DNA of 64,000 bases from the sequence record MW233709; one strand, given 5' to 3'. Positions 57,059-64,000 of the stretch are shown piece by piece (positions within the stretch are counted from its first letter, which is position 1; every line of letters begins with the position of its first letter). A program made the translations under genes and the position numbers. The notes under the pieces were generated by a model. The model did no database searches. It worked only from the letters and a program-made list of their open reading frames with translations, and was not told where the DNA came from. This DNA comes from Escherichia phage UPEC01.

Positions 57059-58891
57059 ATGATGATTAATAATGAAATTAAAGTACTCTCGGACGTCGAG
57101 CATATCAAAAAACGTTCCGGGATGTATATTGGTTCCAGTTCAAATGAAGCGCATGAGCGATTCTTGTTTGGTGAATATAAGTCTGTAAGCTATGTTCCTG
57201 GTATTGTAAAACTGATTGATGAAATTATCGATAACTCTGTTGATGAAGCAATTCGCACCAGTTTTAAATTTGCCAATAAAATTGATGTTCAAATTAAAGA
57301 TAATCAGATTTCGGTTTCTGATAATGGTCGTGGTATTCCTCAAGCAATGGTTACAGACCAAAACGGTGAACAAATCCCTGGCCCTGTTGCAGCATGGACT
57401 ATTCCAAAAGCCGGTGGCAACTTCGGTGATGATGCTGAACGTAAAACTGGCGGGATGAATGGTGTCGGGTCTTCTCTGACCAATATTTTCTCTGTATTGT
57501 TCACCGGGATTACCTCTGATGGAGCAAACGAAATTACTGTTAACTGCTCCAACGGTATGGAAAACAAAGGTTGGTCCACCAAGAAATCTAAGGGCAAAGG
57601 TACAACTGTTATATTTGTTCCAGATTTTAGTCACTTTGAAGAAAATAGTCTGTCCCAGATTTATCTGGATATTACATTGGACCGTTTACAGACTCTCGCG
57701 GTTGTTTATCCGGATATTCAGTTCACCTTTAATGGTAAAAAGGTTGATGGTAATTTCAAGAAGTTCTCCAAGCAATTCGGAACCGAAGTTGTTATCCAGG
57801 AAACTGATACAGTATCAATGGCTTTTACGACCAGCCCGGATGGTTTCCGTCAGTTGACTTATGTCAACAACATTCATACAAAGAATGGCGGACACCACGT
57901 TGAATGTGTTATGGATGATATCTGTGAACACCTTCAGCCTGCGATTAAGCGCAAATATAAAGGCATCGAGGTGACCAAGGCACGAGTTAAAGAATGCCTC
58001 ACCATGCTTATGTTCATCCGCGATATGAGCAACATGCGATTTGATTCCCAGACCAAGGAGCGATTGACTTCTCCGGCTGGTGAAATTCGAAATCACATTA
58101 AGATTGATGCTAAGAAAATCGCACAAGCTATTCTGAAAAATGAACCGCTGATTATGCCGATTGTTGAAGCTGCATTGGCTCGTAAATTGGCTGCAGAGAA
58201 AGCAGCAGAGACCAAGGCGAATAAGAAAGCTTCGAAGGCCAAGGTGCAGAAACACATCAAGGCAAACGAATGGGGCAATGATAAGCTGGAAACGACTCTA
58301 TTCCTGACCGAAGGGGATTCTGCAACTGGTCCATTTATCAAGGTTCGCGACCGTGAATTGCAAGGTGCTTATCCATTACGTGGTAAGTTTAAAAACACAT
58401 GGGGTCTGAAAGCTGTTGAAGTTATGAAGAACGCTGAAGCCTTTGATGTGTGTGCAATTACTGGGTTAACGATTGGACAACCGGCCGAGAATATGAATTA
58501 CCGAAACATTGCTATCATGACAGATGCGGATGTGGATGGTGTCGGTAGTATCTATCCATCGTTATTGGCGTTTTTCAGTAACTGGCCAGAGTTGTTCCAT
58601 GAAGGACGAATTCGCTTTGTGAAAACACCTGTTATTATTGCACAGCTCAAAGATAAACAAGAATGGTTCTATTCTCTTCCTGACTATGAAGAAGCTAAGG
58701 ATAAACTTCCGAAGCACACCATCCGATATATCAAGGGGCTTGGTTCTCTGGAAGATTCCGAGTACAAACGCGTATTGCTCGAACCGGTATTCGAAGTTGT
58801 TCAATTGCCCGACAACTGGAAAGAACTGTTCGAAATGCTATTCGGTAAAGATTCCCAGCAGCGTAAAGACTGGATGAATGCGACGCTATAA
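57059..58891 (+). CDS. 39: DNA topoisomerase II large subunit (fused 39+60 form)
   Basis: 610 aa continuous; GHKL ATPase motifs (EIIDNSVDE, GRGIP); no gene-60-type interruption. Confidence 0.95.
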   Translation: MMINNEIKVLSDVEHIKKRSGMYIGSSSNEAHERFLFGEYKSVSYVPGIVKLIDEIIDNSVDEAIRTSFKFANKIDVQIKDNQISVSDNGRGIPQAMVTDQNGEQIPGPVAAWTIPKAGGNFGDDAERKTGGMNGVGSSLTNIFSVLFTGITSDGANEITVNCSNGMENKGWSTKKSKGKGTTVIFVPDFSHFEENSLSQIYLDITLDRLQTLAVVYPDIQFTFNGKKVDGNFKKFSKQFGTEVVIQETDTVSMAFTTSPDGFRQLTYVNNIHTKNGGHHVECVMDDICEHLQPAIKRKYKGIEVTKARVKECLTMLMFIRDMSNMRFDSQTKERLTSPAGEIRNHIKIDAKKIAQAILKNEPLIMPIVEAALARKLAAEKAAETKANKKASKAKVQKHIKANEWGNDKLETTLFLTEGDSATGPFIKVRDRELQGAYPLRGKFKNTWGLKAVEVMKNAEAFDVCAITGLTIGQPAENMNYRNIAIMTDADVDGVGSIYPSLLAFFSNWPELFHEGRIRFVKTPVIIAQLKDKQEWFYSLPDYEEAKDKLPKHTIRYIKGLGSLEDSEYKRVLLEPVFEVVQLPDNWKELFEMLFGKDSQQRKDWMNATL

Positions 58892-58933
58892 ATAGATACG
58901 GGAGAATATTCTCCCGTCTTATAGGAGAAGTCC

Positions 58934-59086
58934 ATGAAAAAGTGGTGGGTTACGTTGTCAAATGGCGAATACGGTTATCTGTGGGCCGATACTAAACCCC
59001 TGTTTGCATCCTTTGTCACCATTATGTGCGAGACCTGGGATGGTGAATACTATACCGCGTATGGGCAAGTCTATAAAGTTGAGTAG
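58934..59086 (+). CDS. hypothetical small protein (50 aa; not in ORF track)
   Basis: Read manually; followed by terminator. Confidence 0.4.
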   Translation: MKKWWVTLSNGEYGYLWADTKPLFASFVTIMCETWDGEYYTAYGQVYKVE

Positions 59087-59089
59087 CCA

Positions 59090-59114
59090 AAAGGACCTTC
59101 GGGTCCTTTTTTAT
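59090..59114 (+). terminator. rho-independent terminator
   Basis: AAGGACC-TTCG-GGTCCTT then TTTTTT. Confidence 0.65.
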
Positions 59115-59288
59115 TATGTACAAGCCATAAAAATTGCGTTAAGATGTCCTTGAGGTGAAAATATGATTATGTCTGACGGAAGTTTAGTTAATCTACATTT
59201 TTTATTATGTACAAGCCATAAAAATTGCGTTAAGATGTCCTTGAGGTGAAAATATGATTATGTCTGACGGAAGTTTAGTTAATCTACA
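59107..59288. repeat. 2 x 91-bp perfect tandem duplication (promoter-like element, RBS and first 12 codons)
   Basis: 59107-59197 identical to 59198-59288. Confidence 0.9.
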
Positions 59289-59538
59289 GAATGTTGCTCG
59301 TTGTATTATGGAAGCAGGCCTGAGGAAGGTGCAGGAGCTCCCAGATAGCGACAGGAAGCGAAGTTACTTGTTGGCTGTAAGAGCATCAGCCATGAGCATT
59401 AAGGCTGGCCAGAAGGTTCCTGAGGAGCGAATTGAAGCACTCCTTGCATTGATATACCATGGCCAAGAACATAAAGCTACCATGCGTAGTATGAGAAAAA
59501 TATTACAGGAGATTGGAAATGACGAACTTCAAAGTTAA
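59254..59538 (+). CDS. hypothetical protein (complete copy downstream of duplication)
   Basis: ATG in second repeat copy; first copy gives a 26-codon truncated frame. Confidence 0.5.
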   Translation: MIMSDGSLVNLQNVARCIMEAGLRKVQELPDSDRKRSYLLAVRASAMSIKAGQKVPEERIEALLALIYHGQEHKATMRSMRKILQEIGNDELQS

Positions 59539-59722
59539 TATGGAACTGTTTGATAAGGCTATCCATAAAGAGTACCGTGTTATCCAACGATTTTTTGATA
59601 TAAGAGAAGCTGAAGAGTTTAAAGAACGCTTCAAAGAAATCCGTATTAAAATAGCTTCAGACACCGCAACAAAGGATGAACTTCTTGAAGTTGCAGAATT
59701 AATCAAACGTAACATAAAGTGA
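59519..59722 (+). CDS. hypothetical protein (start uncertain)
   Basis: GGAG SD 7 nt before ATG 59519. Confidence 0.45.
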   Translation: MTNFKVNMELFDKAIHKEYRVIQRFFDIREAEEFKERFKEIRIKIASDTATKDELLEVAELIKRNIK

Positions 59723-59729
59723 GAAAAAC

Positions 59730-61964
59730 ATGATTTTAGAAACTGAAAAGGAAACAATCCTTGGTAATGGTGCCAAGGCATCAGCATTCACAATCCAGGC
59801 ATCTCCAAAGGTGTTTAAGATTCTGACCAGCGACCTTTATACAAACAAGGTGCGTGCGGTTGTTCGTGAGCTGATTACCAATATGATTGATGCTCATATG
59901 CTCAATGGTTGTCAGGATAAATTCATTGTGCAAGCTCCTGGTGAACTGGACCCACGTTTTGTATGCCGTGACTTTGGTCCGGGTATGAGTGATTTCCAGA
60001 TTCGTGGTGATGAAAATACCCCAGGTCTGTATAACAGTTTCTTTGCATCATCCAAGGCTGAATCCAACGATTTTATTGGCGGCTTTGGTCTGGGCTCTAA
60101 ATCTCCGTTCAGTTATACAGAGACGTTTAGCCTGATTTCATATCACGATGGTCAAGTTAATGGTTATGTCGCTTATATGGACGGCGATGGCCCACAGATT
60201 AAACCAACCTTTAGCGAACCAATGAAACCTGGTGACCGCACGGGGATTGAAGTTGTTGTCCCGGTTGATAGTAATGATTTTGGTAAGTTCCGCTACGAGA
60301 TTGCATATATCATGCGTCCATTTGCTGGACTGGCTGAAGTGCAAGGCGTAAGCGAAATTGAATACTTCCCGGAATTTGATGATTATTATGCTCCAGAGCG
60401 TATTAATTATAGCAGCCCAGAACGTTATGGTCTTTATGCAATTTACGGTGGAATTGTTTATCCAATTGCCGACGGTTATACAAAGAAAACCTGGATGACT
60501 GCCAAAAACGATGTTGTCTTTATTAAGTTCCCGATGGGTTCGTTGGATATTGCACCTTCTCGCGAAGCATTATCACTGGATAAACGTACGGTCGCAAATA
60601 TCGTTGAACGTATTGAATCCCTTGATAAGAAAGTCATGGAAGATGATTGTAAGAAATGGCAGGAATCAGAATGTATCCGCCACACGTATCGCGAATTACA
60701 GAGTCTGAGTTATGAAGCTCGTAATTTTCTGAAAGCTCGTAATGCTGAAACGAAATTTACGAAATCGCAATTGACCTTTAACCAGATGTATGAAATGTTC
60801 GAGCTGGACAAAGACCTTATTAATGCCGGGGTTGTCTATGATATCTATAGCACTACCCGTCTGAAACGTCTGCGTAACTCAAGCTCGAACACGAATACTG
60901 CAAGTCTGACGAGCATGTTTGGTATTCAGAATAATACCTTGAACATTGTTATTGACGATGCTAAAGGGCGAATTGCGATGATTCGTGGTATCAGTTCAAT
61001 GCTATATGACACCAGCGCGAAAGCCAAAAAGCTCAAAGCATCTGGTAAAGTCCCGACTGTACAAGGTAGTAGTCTATTGTTCGTTGACCCAACCAGCGAA
61101 ATTCAAACACGTCTGATGGTTCAACTTCAAGAACGATTTAAAGGCGATACAGTTAATATCTATCGTACGTCTGAACTGACCGCCCTTGTAAAAGACTGGA
61201 TTCCGGTTGCTGACCCGAAAGCGCGCGTTAAGTCAAAGACTCCATCATTGATTCGTTGGACTAAAACTAATGGCAAATGGCAGTCTGTTGAAGAATTTAC
61301 ATGTGCAGCTGATGCAGAGGAAATCGATGGTTATGCTGTATTCATTAACCGCAGTAGCATTTCCCCGTTGAATCAAGAATATGGCACCACGACCTTCGGG
61401 ACCCAGACATTGTGTAAACTGGCAAACCTGTTGGAAATCAATGAATTCTGTGTTATTCGTCCACAGCTTCAGAAAAAGATTACCAAGCTGGCGCAGTGTG
61501 ATTGTCTGATTGAAGCTGCAGTCAATCGTTATGTGGAATTGATTGATGCGGTTGATGCGGACCAGTACATTGCCGCTTCAAGCCGTTCGCGTTATTATAT
61601 TCCTATCCTGTCTGAATATGCAGAACTGAATTTTATGTTCAAGTATTTTTATGCAAAAGATGTTCAGAAAGATGTGAATACTGACTATGCCGAATTAATG
61701 CAGTTCAATAAGTTCTTTGCTTATAACGCATATAACAGTGGAACAGTTGATAAGACCATGCAGGAAACTCTGGTCCTTTGTAATAAGATTTATGACGACC
61801 TGACCAAAAACGCTTCGGTAACAAGCGATAAAATGGTTTTTGAATTTGAAAAGAATCACCCGATTGTTTCACACTTTTTATATAACCGTAACGCCATGTC
61901 AACTGAACAAGTACAGAACGTTGCTCAAATCATGAAGGCCGTGGAAGCGGCCAATAAGGAATAA
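59730..61964 (+). CDS. rIIA: membrane-associated protein RIIA
   Basis: 744 aa; N-terminal GHKL-like motifs (ELITNMIDA, DFGPGM, GGFGLGSKS); long matches to recalled T4 RIIA. Confidence 0.95.
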   Translation: MILETEKETILGNGAKASAFTIQASPKVFKILTSDLYTNKVRAVVRELITNMIDAHMLNGCQDKFIVQAPGELDPRFVCRDFGPGMSDFQIRGDENTPGLYNSFFASSKAESNDFIGGFGLGSKSPFSYTETFSLISYHDGQVNGYVAYMDGDGPQIKPTFSEPMKPGDRTGIEVVVPVDSNDFGKFRYEIAYIMRPFAGLAEVQGVSEIEYFPEFDDYYAPERINYSSPERYGLYAIYGGIVYPIADGYTKKTWMTAKNDVVFIKFPMGSLDIAPSREALSLDKRTVANIVERIESLDKKVMEDDCKKWQESECIRHTYRELQSLSYEARNFLKARNAETKFTKSQLTFNQMYEMFELDKDLINAGVVYDIYSTTRLKRLRNSSSNTNTASLTSMFGIQNNTLNIVIDDAKGRIAMIRGISSMLYDTSAKAKKLKASGKVPTVQGSSLLFVDPTSEIQTRLMVQLQERFKGDTVNIYRTSELTALVKDWIPVADPKARVKSKTPSLIRWTKTNGKWQSVEEFTCAADAEEIDGYAVFINRSSISPLNQEYGTTTFGTQTLCKLANLLEINEFCVIRPQLQKKITKLAQCDCLIEAAVNRYVELIDAVDADQYIAASSRSRYYIPILSEYAELNFMFKYFYAKDVQKDVNTDYAELMQFNKFFAYNAYNSGTVDKTMQETLVLCNKIYDDLTKNASVTSDKMVFEFEKNHPIVSHFLYNRNAMSTEQVQNVAQIMKAVEAANKE

Positions 61965-61965
61965 T

Positions 61966-62940
61966 ATGTTTAATATCAAATGTATGTCTAAAGCCGAACA
62001 AGCTGATGTGGTCCAGATGTATTCAACGGGCAATTATACCCAGCCTGAATTGGCAGAATATTTTGCTGTGTCCGTTGACACCATTCGCCGCGTTTTGAAA
62101 AATGATAAAGAATCAAAATTAGCTAAAACCATTTCTGCATCACTGAAAGCAGCTGTTGGTGTGGCGATTAATGCTCCGGTGACAGTAACGGTTGAAGTCC
62201 CGGTTGTTGAAGATACAATCGGTGGAAGCCGCCCGGAAATCGTATGGAACGCATCGAGTAAATTCGTTTCCATCACTGAAGGCCGTACAGTCTGGAACGC
62301 AACAAAAGACCATAAACACTTTGATGATATTATTCAGGCATTGATTGAATTCCGTTATGAAGATGCTATTGAGTATATCTCAATCAAAGCCGCGGTGCAA
62401 AAATATGTGAAAGGTGATGTGCGTATTGAAGGTGGTAGTCTGTTCTATCAGGGAATTGAACTGCGCTCTGGTTTGGTTACTCGTATCATCGATTCAATGC
62501 AAAATGGCGAAGACTTTGAATTCTATCTGCCATTCCTTGAAAATCTCCTTGAGAACCCAAGCGAAAAAGCAGTACAACGTTTGTTTGACTTCCTGGTTGC
62601 GAATGATATCGAAATCACCGAAGACGGTCATTTCATCGCATGGAAAATGGTTCGTTCAACCTACAAAGATTGTCACTCAAACACATTCGACAACAGTCCT
62701 GGTCAATATGTTAAAATGCCACGCTCTCGTGTGAATGACAATGACGAACAGACCTGTTCAACTGGGCTGCACGTTTGTTCTAAAGGTTATATCGGAAGTG
62801 GTTTTGGTCATGGTGATGGGCGCATCGTATCCTGTAAAGTTCACCCGCGTGATGTTGTAAGTATCCCGGTAGATTATAACGATTCCAAAATGAGGGTCTG
62901 TGGTTACCTGGTTCTTGATGATGTAACTGAACAATTTTAA
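61966..62940 (+). CDS. rIIB: protein RIIB
   Basis: Strong match to recalled T4 RIIB (YSxGNYTQ, VSVDTIRRVLKN, GGSLFYQ, RVNDxDxQTCSxGLHVCSK). Confidence 0.95.
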   Translation: MFNIKCMSKAEQADVVQMYSTGNYTQPELAEYFAVSVDTIRRVLKNDKESKLAKTISASLKAAVGVAINAPVTVTVEVPVVEDTIGGSRPEIVWNASSKFVSITEGRTVWNATKDHKHFDDIIQALIEFRYEDAIEYISIKAAVQKYVKGDVRIEGGSLFYQGIELRSGLVTRIIDSMQNGEDFEFYLPFLENLLENPSEKAVQRLFDFLVANDIEITEDGHFIAWKMVRSTYKDCHSNTFDNSPGQYVKMPRSRVNDNDEQTCSTGLHVCSKGYIGSGFGHGDGRIVSCKVHPRDVVSIPVDYNDSKMRVCGYLVLDDVTEQF

Positions 62941-62947
62941 ATTAATC

Positions 62948-62961
62948 GGGGCTTCGGCCCC
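62948..62961 (+). other. intercistronic hairpin GGGGCTTCGGCCCC without U-tract
   Basis: Identical to hairpin at 32197-32210. Confidence 0.5.
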
Positions 62962-62973
62962 TAATGAGGCTTT

Positions 62974-63171
62974 ATGTTAGGTTTCCAAGCACGTGTAGTT
63001 GAAGAGTATGACCAGCTGGTTTTGAAAATTAACGCTCTTGAAGAGTTTATTAAGGGTGGAGTTTTTGAAACTCTCGATGCTCGTCAACAAGGTCTTTTGA
63101 ATGCCCAGTTAGATGCAATGAGTGCTTATGCTCATGTACTGGCAATTCGTATCTCTTATTTTGGTGAATAA
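62974..63171 (+). CDS. hypothetical protein
   Basis: GAGG SD before ATG. Confidence 0.5.
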   Translation: MLGFQARVVEEYDQLVLKINALEEFIKGGVFETLDARQQGLLNAQLDAMSAYAHVLAIRISYFGE

Positions 63172-63174
63172 ATT

Positions 63175-63444
63175 ATGATTAAGCATTTCAATGTGTCAGA
63201 CCGTGACATCAAAGTTTCAAATCTCCGGGGTCACCATTACGCAGGAATAGTTTACTGTGGTAAGCTCATTAAGCATGAAGGTGATGTTCACTATGGCTGG
63301 TTGGAATGTGATGAAGTAGTTGTTGGGGAATTCCCTGACCCGGATTCTGATACATTTGATGCTAATGACCGTTTGTACTATGGCGAGCTTCATATCCGAG
63401 GAATCGTCGGTATCGATGAGGTTCAAGATGATTCAGAAGAGTAA
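63175..63444 (+). CDS. hypothetical protein
   Basis: Intact ORF. Confidence 0.5.
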   Translation: MIKHFNVSDRDIKVSNLRGHHYAGIVYCGKLIKHEGDVHYGWLECDEVVVGEFPDPDSDTFDANDRLYYGELHIRGIVGIDEVQDDSEE

Positions 63445-63466
63445 AACATGGGAGCATCTGAAAAAG

Positions 63467-64000
63467 ATGCCCTCCTTTCTTTATACAAAGGAAGACTTAA
63501 CCCCCGAATCCCTGCAAAAGATTGTAGATACAGCCAGGTATTCATTGCGTAAAGACCCGGGTCAGGACCGTGAGCAAGTCATGCAAAGATGTATGGTGGC
63601 TACAATGGCTGAACAAGCTATTGCTAAATGGACTTCAGGTTTTTTATGCGGCGGCGACGAAGATTACGATAATCCTTATTCCTTTGCATTTGATGTAGTT
63701 TCGAAAGAAGGGGTGAGAATCGAAGTCAAGACACATCAATCTGGCTCCAAATGGATATCCGTGCATACTGGTCACCAGGGTGATTATCCACATGGTTACG
63801 GGGTCAATCTTGGTCCTTTTATGCAACACAAGCTTGCCGACCTTATGATTATGTTCAATGTAAAAGAGACTATCAAAGGGTATAGATTTAAACCAAAATT
63901 CCTTGCTGGACCTGGTGCTTTCGTTCCTGAGTCTGGTCTTGTGCAGAAGTCACAAGGGGATGGCTGGTACCTCCGTTCTTGTTCAGAAGAAAAATTTCCC
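63467..64000 (+). CDS. hypothetical protein, 3'-truncated by window end
   Basis: Open frame from ATG 63467 to window edge; absent from ORF track. Confidence 0.45.
   Translation, partial: MPSFLYTKEDLTPESLQKIVDTARYSLRKDPGQDREQVMQRCMVATMAEQAIAKWTSGFLCGGDEDYDNPYSFAFDVVSKEGVRIEVKTHQSGSKWISVHTGHQGDYPHGYGVNLGPFMQHKLADLMIMFNVKETIKGYRFKPKFLAGPGAFVPESGLVQKSQGDGWYLRSCSEEKFP

Overview
This window is a contiguous block of the early/middle ('replication and host-takeover') region of a T4-like myovirus (Tevenvirinae-type) genome, with essentially every real gene on the + strand. All calls are by eye from the sequence and from recalled T4 protein sequences and gene order; no searches were run. Recognisable T4 homologues occur in the order nudE, e (lysozyme), denV, two internal proteins, tk, nrdC, 49, nrdD, nrdG, 55, 47, 46, rpbA, 45, 44, 62, regA, 43, uvsX, 40, 41, 61, 56, soc, two Mod-like ADP-ribosyltransferases, dda, dexA, 39 (fused 39+60 form), rIIA, rIIB. 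Between these core genes lie 'hyperplastic' stretches of small ORFs of unknown function, many preceded by a repeated early-promoter/leader cassette. No tRNA, rRNA, CRISPR array, intron or homing endonuclease was recognised, and the hydroxymethylase/glucosyltransferase genes expected at their T4 positions are absent. The most interesting candidates for undescribed biology are: a secreted transglycosylase-like protein, a second secreted protein and a macro-domain-like protein in a row (6358-7721); a membrane protein translationally coupled to a Pol-beta-type nucleotidyltransferase (11570-13029); a 105-aa protein with a PARP-like H-G-S motif (42061-42378); a 55-aa protein carrying an internal-protein-like capsid-targeting leader (44483-44650); and the only credible minus-strand genes, a paralogous pair of small membrane proteins (45708-46114). 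None of these is proven; each needs profile searches or experiments.
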